DNA of 64,000 nt. Source: Eledone cirrhosa (Eukaryota). Below, one piece after another: positions 1 through 19,255 of this stretch (its first letter is position 1; every line of letters starts with the position of its first letter). The stretch covers positions 12,276,001 to 12,340,000 of the forward strand of contig OZ024755.1 of assembly GCA_964016885.1 (NCBI GenBank), in the 5' to 3' direction. The translations under genes and the position numbers were made by a program. The notes under the pieces were generated by a model. The model had not been told where the DNA came from. It did no database searches and saw nothing but the letters and a program-made list of their open reading frames with translations.

Positions 1-210
1 GCATCATTATCCTTGGTTTTAGATCCATTTTTCTCCATACTTGCATGGGTTGGATGAGTCCTCTGCAATACAGCATTTCTCTATTTGTTTCTTTCCTTAG
101 TTATCTCCTTTGTGATGTTCCCTTTCTTGGGATTAGTCCTCACCACCGCTGTTGATGTCTTCTTAGTCTTCCTCTTCCAAAACTTCCTTTCACTTGGAAC
201 AATGGATATT
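1..210 (-). mobile_element. Degenerate 3' end of RTE-type LINE
   Basis: Minus strand reads roughly VKGSFGRGRLRRH, followed by an aacccatgcaag..atg tail; resembles the intact RTE 3' end at 49951-50161. Confidence 0.5.
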
Positions 211-401
211 TCTGAAGTTTTCATTCTGAAATTAAATAAGATGATTTGCAGTTACTAATCAAGCTTCATTGCCATACAGTTTCATAAAAACCATTAGCAG
301 TTCTTTAAACTTATTCCATCCCTAAAATACTATCAACTTTGCTAACAAGAGTTCTACCAACAGTGCTAGTTAAATCTTTTAAGATTTTCCATCTAATGTA
401 A

Positions 402-660
402 AGGTGCATGGCCTAATAGTTAAGGTGTTGGGCTCGTAATCATAAGAACATGAGTTTAATTCCTAGATAGAGTTGTATTTTCTGTCCTTGAGCAAGACAT
501 TTTATATCATATTGTTCCAGTCTCCTCAGCTGGAAAAAAATTAATAACCCTCTGATGGACAGGTCTCTATTTAACAGAGAGTTATTTGCTTGTGAAGACA
601 CTGGTGCCAAGTTGTATTGGCCTTTGCCTTTACATTTGACATATGTAAAGTGATAGCACT
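402..660 (+). mobile_element. tRNA-derived CORE-type SINE (degenerate)
   Basis: A-box-like tggcctaatagttaag, CORE-like tgtccttgagcaagaca...cagctg, then ccctctgatggacagg; homologous to 36676-36954 and 22217-22365. Confidence 0.65.
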
Positions 661-782
661 GATGCCCTAAAGAAATGTACTTGGTCTGTACTGTAAGGTG
701 GTAGTGCTGGCGCCACAACAAAAGCATCCAGTCCATGCTTTAAGATGGTAGAGCTGCATATGTGTTAAAATGTCCCTAGATA

Positions 783-1135
783 TGCTGTAATGTGGTTGGT
801 GTTAGGAAAGGCATTCAGTTATAGAAACCATACTTGCTGTACATGCTATAAATTAATTGATGTTAGGAGGGGCATTTTGCTGTATAAACTATATTCCTAG
901 TACATGCTGTAAAGTGGTTGGTGTTAGGAAGGGCATCCAGCAGTAAAATCATGCTCTCTGTAAATACTGTAGTGTGATTGGTGTTAGGAAGGGCAACCAA
1001 CTGTTGAAATCAAGCCAAAACTGGACTATGTGGGCAAGTTATGGTCACTTGACTAATCTTGCCTCAAAATGTGACAACTCCCCTAATCCATTCAAGCATG
1101 GAAAAATAGGTATACAATGGTGATGATGATCATTG
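783..1135 (+). repeat. Four tandem ~58-bp copies of a SINE segment, followed by an RTE-like (TGA)n tail
   Basis: tgctgtaaagtggttggtgttaggaagggcatccagc recurs four times; the same segment occurs singly at 22440, 28100 and (minus strand) 51160. Confidence 0.7.
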
Positions 1136-1817
1136 ATTGCCTGTAGTGGGGAAACTGGCATGCATGGCTGACTGCTAGTCTTCCACAAAACATCTTGCTC
1201 AGATTTATGACTTGGAGAGGAACTTTCCAGATGTAAACCCACAGTCAATCATAACTGAAGGGAGCCTTTTATTACTTTAAACAAGTAAAGTGAGTCACAT
1301 GAGACCAAAGAATCACCCTTTAAAGACTTGATCTTAATTACTTTCATCTATCTAATGTCTTCTCAAAATGACATTTCATTTTTAAATATATATCACATTT
1401 ATTTTTCAGAAGGTGTATTTGCTTAACTTTCATTTCTAAATTAAATTAGAATATCGTTAATTAAAAGCAATTTATAAAATTCAAATCTAGGAGTAATGAT
1501 AATTATGCATTTGAAATAATTCATGAATAATTTACTCGAATAATTATTCAATAAGTAATAAAGTTCATTTTATTTCCTGTCAATGTATTTGAATTTGAAT
1601 GACAAACGTGATTTCCTTTCTGAATTAGATTAAAAGTTTTAAATATTATGTGCTAAAATACTATACTTTGCTTTATATTTTAATATGAATATATAAAAAG
1701 AAATCAATACCAAGTTGTATTGTTATATTTTTAAAAATATTTTTTAATCTTCTGTTTATTTATTTTTTATTTTCTTGATTCAATTTACTTATTTGTTTCT
1801 AAACAATATAATTTCAG

Positions 1818-2368
1818 CACACATGTACAGAGTGCATAAAACACGAGCCCCTGGGGATAATCGAGAGGAGTTCAAGTGTCCACATTGTGATTTTGTGACT
1901 ATTTTTGGGCATCGTTACCGCATCCACATGAATAGTCACAATAACATTCGCCAGTATGTTTGTGAATTTTGCAGCAAGGCATTTGTTTCGTCAAATAGCC
2001 TTCGTCGGCACAAACTCTGGTTGCATTCCTCTGAGAGTTTGTCCTGTCCATTTTGCACATATGAAACAAAAACAAAGCAAAGCCTAAGTGTTCATGTGCG
2101 TACCCAGCACACAATGAAAGGTGTGAAGCCATATATGTGTCGCTATTGTGATTTCCGGTCAGCAACTGGTGGCAATTGCCGTAAACACATCATGAATAAA
2201 CATAAAGGGCTTGAAGTTGAATATGTTAAAGACACCACATTGTTAGAAGCTGCTAAAGCTAGCCTTGACTCAATGGCCACTCAGTTCACTTCGATGTTCA
2301 TGATGGATCATCCTGAGGATAGGTCAGTCAATTTCATTCAACAAAGAGATATTTCATCCATAAATTAA
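1818..2368 (+). CDS. Terminal coding exon of a multi-C2H2 zinc-finger protein (4 complete fingers plus the end of a preceding one)
   Basis: Pyrimidine-rich tract and tttcag acceptor ending at 1817; open frame to TAA at 2366-2368; fingers CPHC..HMNSH, CEFC..HKLWLH, CPFC..HVRTQH and CRYC..HIMNKH, with a GVKPY linker. The ORF-track start at 1775 is probably intronic, and upstream exons are not evident in the window. Confidence 0.9.
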
Positions 2369-2544
2369 AAGATAAAAAAAGGAAAGAAGAGTAGAAAAAG
2401 CTGTAAGATTTATCATGTTTGGCCTTTTGGTTTTCACAGAGCAAGTTAACTTTGATATGTTTGCTGGTCACTGTTGTATTGTAAATAAGAATAGCATCCA
2501 GTGGAAAAAAAATAATAACTATACTAAAATTGGAACTTGTCATT

Positions 2545-2740
2545 GGGATTTGCAGAATCGGTAGAGCATTGGACATATGCTTTGTAGTATTTGTTCTGGC
2601 TCTTTACATTCTGAGTTCAAAGCCCACCAAGGTCAACTTTGCATTTCATCCTTCTGGGGGTCGATAAAACAAAGTACCACTCTGGGGTTGATCTAATTGA
2701 CTGTCCCCTTACCCTCAAATTGCTGGCCTTGTGCCTCAAC
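2545..2740 (+). mobile_element. tRNA-derived SINE (family S1) downstream of the zinc-finger stop, probably in the 3' UTR
   Basis: ttctgagttcaaa B-box-like motif and tttcatccttctgggggtcgataaaacaaagtacc core shared with 23316, 38174 and 54706. Confidence 0.75.
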
Positions 2741-3153
2741 TAATTTTTTTTTTTTTTTTTTTTAAATATATATAATTAAGTATTACTTAGTTTTAAAGTA
2801 TAAACATGATTTTTTTTATTAATTTTTTTTTTTTATTTCATTTCATGTTACTCAACATAGTTACAAAGAGTTATACAAATATATCATGTTATATTTACCA
2901 CTAAGTTTGAAAAATTCTGCTGTTTGTAGACGTATTGAAGAATATATATATATATAAATATATATATGTACTTTATATATTATTATTGCGTCCATATTTT
3001 TTATGTTGGTAGTTTTGTGAAGAAATTGCCTTTTTGATCTCATTTATTTTGTTGCTTTGGATGGTTATGGGGAAAAAATGTTTTTTTTTTGTTTTGTTTT
3101 ACAAATCTTAGGTCTAATATAAGTCAAATACACGCATGCATTCACACGCATAA

Positions 3154-3229
<76 letters not shown>

Positions 3230-4242
3230 TCATATACATAAATAAATATAAATATATATATGTTTGTATGTGTATATATAAATGTATATGTTTGTATGTA
3301 TATATATATATATGTAGATGCTTTTTATTTTTTACAAATATAACATGGAAAAAATTGTGATGTTTGTTAAAACATCTTAAAAACATTAAAAACAAATGAT
3401 AAAGATTTCAGACATGATTAAGTTTCAGTATTTATGAATGTAGTAAATATTGACAACCATAAAATCAAATTCTCAGTTTGGTTTTCTTTTCTTTTCCTTT
3501 TCTTTTTTTAGTATATATTAAGTTTTATTATTGTATTTTTTTAAAATATATATATATATATAGTTTTTATTCAACTAAGTTTAAAAACTTACACTTGGAT
3601 TTTCTCTAATATAGTTTCCATATTTCAGAAATATCTACAATATTTCTGAAATTAGTAACTTATTATTTAGTATATAATTGTCAACAATATCTTAATTTAA
3701 GTCTGAATGACATAAGAATTATTTTCAGAGTTTCTATAGTTCCTAATTCTTGGGGGAATTGTAAATGGTTTTACATTGCATTTAGTAAGAGCAATTTTGT
3801 TTTCTTAGTAAAATTTTTAAATTTCCATAATTTGTGGTTAAATTAATAGACATCAACATAAAGGCAATGAATTGGCAAAGTTGTTACTGTATTGGATTAA
3901 GTACCTCAGTATTTGTCCCAGCAAACTGGACTCTGCATTCAAATCCTGCCTCATTCTGTCTAGAATTGTGGCTGGCAGATAGCATTAAAAATGGAAAGAG
4001 AAGTGGAAACATTGTTTTCTTAGTCTAATCTCATGATCGGTTCCTTTTGTTTTCAACATTAAATTCTAACTGAATAATTTAAGATATCTAACATTCATTT
4101 TGGGAGTTTTTAATTTGTTTTCAAATGAGAAATAAAGCTGATTTATCTTAATTTAACTTAGGAAGTCTTGTTGAATAATTGTAAATGTTGAACGCATTAT
4201 TACCTTTTCTTTAAACAATAACAATCTTTATTATTGTTGGTG

Positions 4243-4440
4243 GTGGCAGAGCCATTAGAGTGTCGGACAAAATTTGTTATGACTTTTGTTTCAGCTCTTT
4301 AGGTTCTAAGTTCAAATACAGTTGAAAACAACTTTGCCTTTCATCCTTCTGGGGTCGATAAATTAATGTACCAGTCAATCAAATACTAGGGCTGATATAA
4401 TTGACTTTCATTGGCCTTGTATGTAAATTAGAAACACTTA
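4243..4440 (+). mobile_element. SINE family S1 copy
   Basis: gcctttcatccttctggggtcgataaattaatgtaccag core. Confidence 0.7.
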
Positions 4441-6217
4441 TTATTATCATTATTATATTTTTTTGAGTGAGAAAAAAATACATTAATTTTATAACAAAAT
4501 CAATTTGAACTATTTTATCAAATATATATATTAACTTTCTATTAACAATATATTTTCTTTCCCATATTGTGCCATACAATAATGGCAACAAACAACCTTT
4601 AAGATCTGAGGGAATTTCCATGTTGCTTCTTCTGTCTGTTTTGGATTTTATATTGCTCAACTGGTTTTTACATGTCAACTTTGTTATTTCATGTTCCATC
4701 CTAAACATTTGATTCTTGTTTCAATTTGTATTTTTCTGTATATTTAAAGGTTTAAATCTTTATTTTCCTTTATTTTCAATAATGTTACATGAAAAAAAAA
4801 TATATATTCAAAAATAGCAATTCTTTAACCCAATGTTCAATGACAAGTTCCATTTGTTAATTTGAATTAAGTTTATAAACATTTAATGTTAGAGTCATAA
4901 TTAAAAAGAAAATGAAATTCGTGGGGGTGGGTGGGAGTGAAAATATAAAAAAAAATGATTTAAGTTGTATTTGTCACAATCCAAGGATTTTAATGCATTA
5001 CCATTCAAAATATCCTTTACTGTGAACTGCACATCAATTTTAGCCCATTCCATGTAGCTTAACCAATTCATAACACAACAGAAAGTTTCCTAGTTTTCAG
5101 CATTGCTTATTATTTTCTAAAGACCAGTTGATTTAAACAACTTTTTATCTTTAATTTTATTCTGAATATTCTTTTTAACTGACAACTTACTGTTTTCATA
5201 ACAATATATTTTACATTTAATATGAATAATTTGTATTTAAACTATTTTGATACTTGGCCAAAACTGGCTCTGGTTCTATGAAACAAAACCCCTTATTTAA
5301 AAATCTTCCAACATAATTTTATATAAAATTCATACATTAAATTACTATTTTAGTAATAAAATAATTAATAATTTTAGTAAATCCTTCAAAATTCTTCATC
5401 AATTAAATGAAATAGAGTGCATTTCATTAGAAATAGTCACGAAAAGGTTAAACAATATGATTTTTAATTTCTTTCTGAATAGCCCTCTTAACTGACATCT
5501 TGATGTCTCACTTTCATAACAATATATTTTATATTTAATATGAATGCTACAAATTGTGGCATATAATTTGACTTTTAAACTTGAAAACAATTCTCTAAAA
5601 CTAGGAGTTGAATTCTAGGGTGAGATAAAATGTTAATCTTAACCACTTAATGGTAAACAAGTGAACTAAATTTCCTAACAACCACTGTGTACCCCTTACT
5701 GTATCTGCAGCAACTTGCCAAGAATATTTACAATCAAAGCTTCAATTTGGAGAAATTATTTAATATATCTAACAAATACATTACCGGTGATATAAGATAA
5801 TAATAAAAAAATAATAAAAAAACCCTAAGGAAGGCCACCAATCAGTACAGATTACTTAGGTATTTTGTAAGTGTGCTGCCATGTTTGGCTATAATACATA
5901 GTACGTATATTATAGCTATAAGTAAGAACATCCCAAAAGACAGCCATCAATAATAACAATCCCACTAAACCTTATCCTATGCTTGGGGATTAGGGGAGTC
6001 GTCCAATATGGTCTAACACAGAATTCTGAGCTAGGAACCTTAAAATCAACTTGTATGCCAGGTTGAATTGTATACCACAATTTACAGTAATTTATGTTCA
6101 ATTCAGTAATATTTTATATAAAAAAAGTACAACTTCATTCAAAACAGAATATTCAATGAATGTATATCTACAGTCAACTCATAAAATAACTGTCTTTCGA
6201 CTGAAGACACACTTTAA

Positions 6218-6615
6218 TGCCCGGTGAATGGAAATGTAATCACAAGAATATAAAAATCACAATTAAAAAAAAACAACACATTTTTGGCCCGGAAAAAAGT
6301 CATTAAAAAACCCCAACACATTTTTGGTTCGGAAAAAAGTCATAAAAAAACAAAAAAAAATAAACAACACATTTTTGGCTCGGAAAAAAGTCATTCTTTT
6401 GGCTAGAAATAAGGTTACTTAAGAAAAGTAATTTATTCACAACAGTGGAAACATCTTTAAAGACATGGAAAAAAAACCCAGAAAAAAACACTGATAATGC
6501 TTAAATTCCAGTTAGGTTTAGAGCTAGGGTTTTCTGCTGTGATTTTTTTTCTTTCCTTGTGACATTTTTCTTCTGATCTTTTTACCCATGACTTTTTTCC
6601 TGGATTATAAAGCCC
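6218..6615. mobile_element. Foldback/MITE-like element with subterminal repeats
   Basis: Three tandem ~40-bp units caacacatttttggNNcggaaaaaagtcat (6270-6395) and an inverted atgacttttttcc copy near 6590. Confidence 0.45.
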
Positions 6616-7478
6616 ATGTATAAAACGACTTACTATAATTAAATATAGCATTTAATCGATCATATATATAGTATTGTAAAATTATTCATTACTTGAATAT
6701 AAATATTTGAGTTTACATCCATTATTTAATGTTTTCCTCTTGAGGTGAATATATCAACAATTTAAATTAGGTCAAGAAGTAATTAAGAGATTTAACTTTG
6801 AGTGAAAAAAATAAAAAATCTAGAAAAATAATTAACCCTTTCCCTCTCAAATTTTATTAATTTTTGTTTTCTTTATTCATTTCACTACAGTCATCTTCTA
6901 TTTCCTATTTTCTTTCTTCTCCTTGTTTTTATAATATCATGTCTACAATTGCAACAGTAGCAGCAAGCATTTTAAGGGCATTCTTCTCTGCTAAAGCACG
7001 AGTTAGCCTTGCAGGGCACCCATCAAAGGATTTATACCCATCATGAGGTCTCCTTTGAAGCAATATTTTACAACCGGATGTCCTTCTGGCACCAACCTTT
7101 TTAGTTGCCTCCTACAACATGCAAATGATACAGTGTGTCTATTCTAAACCAGATACACACAACTATGATCATGGCAGTAAAATGATATTCTTTATCTTGT
7201 TAGTCTTTTATCGTTTTACTGGTTCCAGTCATTAGACTGTGGTCGTGCTGGGGCACCAGAGATATATTATATTTATTTAAAAAATCACAAAATATTAAAT
7301 GTAGTTTGAACCTGTTTATTAATTAATAAACAGGGGTGCGGTAACTACTAAATATTTGATTGACCTTTAAATAACTCGACTTGGTCTTGGTCATTAGCTG
7401 TGCTGAAAAGTTATAGGAAAATATTTCTGTTGTATGTTATGGTGATTTGTAGGTACTTAAGTAAACTCAGTACTTTGT

Positions 7479-7510
<32 letters not shown>

Positions 7511-7582
7511 ATATATATATATATATGCATAAATACATTCATGTAAATATATCTACACACATACATATATATACACACACAT

Positions 7583-7613
<31 letters not shown>

Positions 7614-7829
7614 CACATATATACACACACACATACGCACACACATATATATATATATATACATATACATACAAATACATCTACACATACATTTGCAATT
7701 TTATTTAATGATTATATAATAGCTATACTTAATAAGTTAACTTAGGAAACATAAATGTTTCATATTTAGTGATCCATTCATTACCAGAAGTTTCAGAATA
7801 TAATAAAACTTTATCATGTGTATCTCCAC

Positions 7830-9960
7830 TCTTCTCTGCCTGCATTGATTGGACAGGTATTCTCTAGCACAGCCTCTCATCATTTGTAGTAGTCTTTAGT
7901 CATCTTTGTGAGATGCAGCCTCTTAAAATCTGCTCTCACTACTTCTTCCAATGTCTTCCTTTGTCATCTTCTTCTACAGACTCCCCTCCTTCCACTTCGA
8001 TCTAGTGGTACTTCTTTATTCAACTGGTATTCTCCATATGCATCACATGTCCATAAACAGCAAAGTCTTTTCTCCTTCATCCTACAACTGATTTCTCTTA
8101 TACCAAGTCTTTTTTTTTGGGTTCATGCACATTAACATTACACATCCAATGGAGCACACAGGCTTCCTTTCTTTCCATTCTTTACACATCTTTCACATTC
8201 AGTGCCCATGTTTTACTACCAGGCAGCATTGCACTTTCTACTCAAGCATAATTCAATCTGCCGTTCACCAAGAAAGAAACTTACATTGTTGCCATCAAAA
8301 GGAATAATTCCCTAAACTCTTACCACCTCCATTCTTATTCTGGCTGCTTTGATTTCAAAAGACTTGCCTCAACTGTTAATTAGTTCACTGAAGTAACAGA
8401 AACTATCAACTACTTCTAGAGAAACGTCTGTGCCCTTGACAAGTGCTCCTGTGGTTTTGCTACATACAAAGTCCTTCTTCTGGGTTATTTTGCCTGTGAT
8501 TTCACTACATGTCTTCTTCACCCATCATTTACATTTGATACACAGTTCAGAGTTCCTACCTATACTTTCTCTGTATATCGAGCATGGTTATCTTCCTGAT
8601 GGTAGTAGAGTCTTATTGTTATTCCTGTTCATTCAGTAACCTCCCATAGTAACATTTCTGTGCCTCTTTCATGTTAATGTCAGTGAGGGCAAGTGTGTTG
8701 CTTTTATTCTATATGCACTTTTCTCCAATGATTTCTTGAATCATGCTGACAAACTGAATTTTAATCCAGAGAACCTTATAGCTAATCCTCTTGTCACAGA
8801 ACATAAGCAAACCTTCTACTTTCAGCTGCTCTCCTTGCTACATATACCAGACATCTAGTTTCAGTGGTAGCTCCCTGTTTTCTTACAATCTTTCCAGGCT
8901 GGTTTCGTAGCATTTATGGCTCTATCTACAGTATCATTCCACAAGCATGTCACTTTACATCTTTCTGGAATCTTTTTTTCCATTCATAGATCTTGCGAAT
9001 AGCTTATAGTAGAGCTTCCCATAGAATCTTCCTCCCAATTGACCTCTCTGTAATAACTCTCTATCACTACCATCTTATACTATGCCTCAATTACTACTTC
9101 TTGTAATTATGTGTGGTTGAAGGATGTTTCATCTTCCATCCATGCCACCCTTCTCTAGATTGTCTTATTATGCCTTTGAGTTCATCTATCTCTTATTATC
9201 TTGAAGGTTGATGATCACTAGTTTGTGCTGAGTGATGCATTCTTCACCAGGGAAAGACATAGTGTTCACAACCATCTGTCTGTCCCAATTCCTGGGGAGT
9301 ATGAAGTCTGACTGACTTGTGTGGTCATCTGATTAGTAGGTGATTAGGTGATTGGCCAATTTCTTGAGGTTAGCATTGCAAATGATCAAGTCATTTGTGT
9401 CACAAACTTCTAGAACTTTGATCCATCTTTATTCCTTGTATCATATTCCTATATACTGCAGAGTACTCATCATGTTGTTTCCCTAACATATCCCATAAAT
9501 CACCAGCCATAATAATGAGATTATTATCAATCATTATCAAAGTAATCTGCAAGAGGGTGTCATATAAATGTTCCTACTGTTCATCTGTCATGTGGCCTAG
9601 TGGTTAGGATATTGGACTCATGATCATAAGGTTGTAGGTTTGATTCCTGAACTGAGTAGCATGTTATGCTCTTAAGCAAAAATCTTTATTTTACATTGCT
9701 CCTTCTGCCAGGAATTACAACTAGCAGTGGAAACCTTATATTCTTGGTTCAATCTGACAGTTGGCACTTTTTTATTGTCCTCATTTGCCAGTTCTGAATG
9801 TGATGTATATGCAGAGATAACTGCTGGTGTCATATCTCCCATAACTAGTTGAAGCTTACTTATTCTGTCACATACTCTGACTACTTCAATGACTTTATCC
9901 ATTTCTCTTCCAACAATATAATTCCACTAATTCCATTACTATTGCCCACCCAGATTTTCT
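7830..9960 (-). mobile_element. Degenerate RTE-clade LINE (endonuclease and RT remnants)
   Basis: Minus-strand peptides DKVIEVVRVCDRISKLQLV..VISAY (APE endonuclease-like) near 9800-9900 and SLEVVDSFCYF..ARIR (RT C-terminal) near 8330-8420; many stops and frameshifts; SINE head fragment inserted at ~9591-9705. Confidence 0.75.
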
Positions 9961-10705
9961 ATCCATGTTCCTATGTTAACATATATTTATAGCTATATGT
10001 TTTCTTATACAATACAATTTTATATACACTATGACACTTAAAAAAATATTTTGAATGGAGCACATAAACAGAGAATCTCTATTTCTGTGCTCATGTTGAT
10101 ATTTAGAAGATAGATAGATATGATAGAGAGATATGATAAAGTACTGGACTAAAGCACCTTACAGTATTACAGTATTTAGTTACATCCTTCTACATTCTGA
10201 GTTCAAATCCTGCCATGGCCAACTTTTGCCCTTCGTCCCTCTGAGGTAGATCACATAGTACCAGGAATGTACTGAACTGTTTCACTTGGTTATACACCAC
10301 TACAAATTTGTGACTTGATATCAATAAAATATATTAATTTTTAGAACATGTTACCTTTTCCTTGAAGGGTTTATGGTTGAAAGCAATATTTTAGCTTCAA
10401 CCTGTCTTATATGAAGTATCCTTCACTTAATAAAGGTGGCTATTGTTACACAGGAGAAGTTTATACGTACATTTTCCTGCCTATTTTTTTTTTCAGCAAA
10501 ATCAATTAAAACCAATGCTTTTTGTTTTCTTTAAACAAAAGTAAACACTTGAATCAAAATAGATTTCATGGTTTATATATAACATAAAAAAAAAAACTAG
10601 TATGAAAAGGTTTTGAGTGGGTCAACAAATATGTTACAATAACAATGAAGAAATCTTTCTATTTTCTTTTTAATTTACACAATATTTCTCTGCTTGCTTT
10701 CAGTA

Positions 10706-11114
10706 TCATATGTGTATGTATATGTATGCATGCATATGTGTATATATATATGTATGTATGTATGTATATATATATATCTGTATGTATATATATATATCTG
10801 TATGTATATATATATATCTGTATGTATGTATATATGTATATATATATATATGTATGTATGTATATATATATATCTGTTTGTATGTATATATATCTGTATG
10901 TATGTATGTATGTATGTATGTATGTATATATATATCTGTATGTATGTATGTATGTATGTATGTATGTATGTATGTATGTATGTATGTATGTATGTATATA
11001 TATATCTGTATGTATGTATATATATATCTGTATGTATGTATATATATCTGTATGTATATATATATATCTGTATGTATATATATATATCTGTATGTATATA
11101 TATATATCTGTATG

Positions 11115-11149
<35 letters not shown>

Positions 11150-11165
11150 GTATATGTCTGTATGA

Positions 11166-11235
<70 letters not shown>

Positions 11236-11304
11236 GTATGTATGTATATATATATATCTGTATGTATGTATATATATATATCTGTATGTCTGTATGTATG
11301 TATG

Positions 11305-11340
<36 letters not shown>

Positions 11341-11420
11341 TGTATGTATGTATGTATGTATATGTATATAGATATCTGTATGTATATAGATATCTGTATG
11401 TATATATTTATATATATATG
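10706..11420. repeat. Compound (TA)n/(TATG)n/tatctg microsatellite
   Basis: Direct inspection. Confidence 0.95.
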
Positions 11421-11565
11421 GCTGTATAAATGAGAGAAACAAAACAGTCCATGTGTAGAGTGATATATATATATATTTTATTAATAATTGAGAAGCTACA
11501 CCAGTGAATTCAAATGGTAGAGCTTCACATATACGATAAAATATACGTTTATTATATGAATGTTT

Positions 11566-15870
<4,305 letters not shown>

Positions 15871-16097
15871 CATAAATTACATTTTCTTTTAAATAATAAA
15901 TAAATTTAATGTTGATGTGCAGCTCAATATTCGAAAAAGAAGAACTAATGTTTTCAAATGAATAATAAGCAAAAGCATCATATGTATTTTCTTGGAGTTT
16001 ATATTAAATAATGGTGCTCATTTCTGTTGATCCTAAATATTACTCTCACTGTTTAGTGAGTCCCTCAAAGAACAACCTCCTGAACATATTTTATGAA

Positions 16098-16137
<40 letters not shown>

Positions 16138-16312
16138 TTTATATTCATATATATGTGTATATATATGTGTGTGAGTATATATGTATACATGTAGGTATAT
16201 ATATATGCATATATATATATATGTTTGTATGTGTGTATATATATAAACACATATAAATACTTATTCATATATATGTATATACATACATATATTTGTGTAT
16301 ATATATATATAT

Positions 16313-16357
<45 letters not shown>

Positions 16358-18433
16358 TACAAACGTACTTATTGGTATTATTTTACTATTATCATCATCA
16401 GTATACCAATATTTACAGTTATTGCTTATATGTTGGCACTCATCTTCATTTATCACAACTAATAACATCATTCCCATTACTATAATAATTATTCATTTTT
16501 ATTCCAACATCATCAAATGTTTTGAAACCTTTATTACGTTCAGTTTCTTAAGAGAAAATTGTGTTAGAATCATAAGAATTTTTTATATTTTTTGTTTTAT
16601 TTAATTGTATAAAATCATTTGTTTTTCTGTCATATGAAAAATTATAGTTATATAATTATTTATGCATAAAATCCCTTTCCTATCGACACTTATTTTCAGT
16701 TTTCTGGGTTTTTGTTGTTTTATTTTTTTTTTTTACAGAATAATAGGTATTAATTTATTTTCCAATTATCTGAAAATTATTATTTTCCTTAGAATAATTA
16801 TTTGATACGGATAACTGCTGATGCAAGTAATGACTGAGAAAAAAAAATCTTTTTTCTTACATATTCAGATTTTTTTTTTTTTCATTTCTTTTTATAAATG
16901 AATATAAATATTAAAATTGATAAACACAAGTTTTAATTTCTCTTCATTGAACCCTTATATGTTTTTGTTTGTTTTTATTTTGATTTTAAAAAATAAAACA
17001 GTTTTTCTATATTTTATTTTGTTATTTTATTTTCTACCAAGTCCAAAAGGAATTTGTTAATTTACTCTTTAACCTGAAGGTGTGCATGTTTGTCAATTAA
17101 ATTGTTAAAAGGGGAAAGAAAGAATTCCATATAAAAAATATTTTGACATATAAGAGGATTTATCTATTATTTCTTCTTATTTATTTTCATTCAGAATGAA
17201 CTAAACTGAATAAATAAGATAAAATTATTTGACTCGCAAAGAATTTTTTTTTTATTTTAATTTTTTTCTTTTTTTTTCATGTATGAAAATTTCCTGCCAA
17301 ATATTTACTTTATTTAGAAAGTAAATATGAGTTTATTATATTGCTTTTTCTGTATTATTAACAAAATAATCTCTATCTTTGCATCAAAATTCCACTAATC
17401 CGCCCTATTGAAAGTTGTTGGACTTTTTATAGCCATGAGACTATAAAAAAACCTTTGAAATGAGAAAAAAATTATTTTAAGAATATTTCAATATGAAAAC
17501 AAAAAATTAAAATGCATTCTGCAAACATAGATATTTACTAATATCTGTTAAGACATATTACAAAAATATGGTAAATCAGAATAATTGTTAATACTCGTTT
17601 AACAGTAAAATTGTATTTTTCTTTCTTTTTTTTCTTTTTGTTCCTTGCATAAACAAATAATAATTAAAGATGCAATGATAACAGAGAAAATCTTAAAAAC
17701 TAAAGAAATGAGTAATTTTATAATAATATAGATGTATTATTTATTCATACAAAATTTGAGGTCTTCTGTTAGCAACAAAAGGAATATCTTAAAATTATTA
17801 AATTACATTCTAAATCAAAACGAATCTTGTTTGTGCTCCAAATAATTACGAAAATTTAACATTTAGTTAAAATATATATTAAAGCGACAGAAACAATGTT
17901 TTTAAAAAAATGGAAATTATATGATCTTTTTAGCTGATTTTGAATTTACAATTTGATAGCCTCAAAGTTGTTTACAGCATACTAATTATTTGTTGGTTAT
18001 CAGCAATTAATCTAGATTGATTTCAAACAAGATTTTTTTTTACAAGAAAAGAGCCATTTGATTTGCAATCAATATGAATATTTGAGTAATCTTTTTTTAT
18101 GGTTTATGTTAACAAATAAATTATAACTGGTATAAAATAAGGTACATCTTTTCTGTGAGATCATTATTTTCTATATAAGAAATAGGAGTGAACAGCAATT
18201 TTTTTCCCAAAATAAACTAAGCAAAAATGCACATCACTAAACAAATATACATAACAGAGTAAATAAATAAGATTGGAAATTAATACTCCTTATTATATAC
18301 TTCTTTGCACATGTGCCACGGAGACATGAGGGCTACAGCCTCTCTCATACTTACATTAGAAATAAGAAATAAATATTTTGGTATTTTAATACATGTAATA
18401 TATATTATTATCATTATCTTTATATATATATAT

Positions 18434-18545
18434 TTAATTAGAAATTGAACAACACAAAATATAACTACTCCATCACCAAAGGTTTCTGGATCACAGACGA
18501 TAATAATATACATCTGGATTGGTCATCAAACAGAGATGTTATCTA
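18434..18545 (-). mobile_element. TA-embedded insert with degenerate HHR-like fold (family F)
   Basis: Homologous to 63362-63520; minus strand reads TTGATGA..ATCCAGA..TCTGTGAT..GAAAC. Confidence 0.45.
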
Positions 18546-18817
18546 ATTAAATAGCTCTGTTCATACATAGAGCACTCTTTTATTCCTTTGCTTTTCCTTC
18601 GGAATTACCTAAAACATATATATATATATATATGTGTGTGTATGTGTCTATGTATATATATATATGTATGTATCTGTGTGTGCCTGAAATGATCTTTCAT
18701 AAACTTATTGGCCTGAAAACCAGCCATAGTTAATGCTTGCACATTATATAAGCTCCATTGGATGCGAAACCATATGTAGCCAATGACATAATATTGGGTG
18801 CACATTTAATATATATG

Positions 18818-18868
<51 letters not shown>

Positions 18869-19085
18869 GTGTGTGTGTGTATGTATGTATATAGTAAATA
18901 TCCATAGGTGTAAAAAAGGAAAAATAAAAACTGTTCAATCAGGTATGAAAGCTGATATGTTATATGAGGTTTCAAGGCCCAATGTTGGAGAAATTGTCAA
19001 CATTGGGTCTTGAAAACATAGGTAGCACTTTTGTTCCAGGTATGAACATAAATAGATAATATATATCATCATATACATATACATA

Positions 19086-19163
<78 letters not shown>

Positions 19164-19255
19164 ACAAGAGATGTCGACATTTTTATCTAAAGACATTTTT
19201 TCCAATTCCAATTCCAACCCGCCCATCCCCTCAATCTATTTTATTTCTCATTCTT

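Noticed and set aside
1775-1817. ORF-track N-terminus of the zinc-finger protein
   Set aside because: Non-ATG start inside a pyrimidine-rich tract before an AG acceptor; most likely intron.
7311-7334. Short palindrome cctgtttattaattaataaacagg (similar short hairpins near 46418 and 46865)
   Set aside because: Short AT-rich hairpins are expected by chance; no family or context support.
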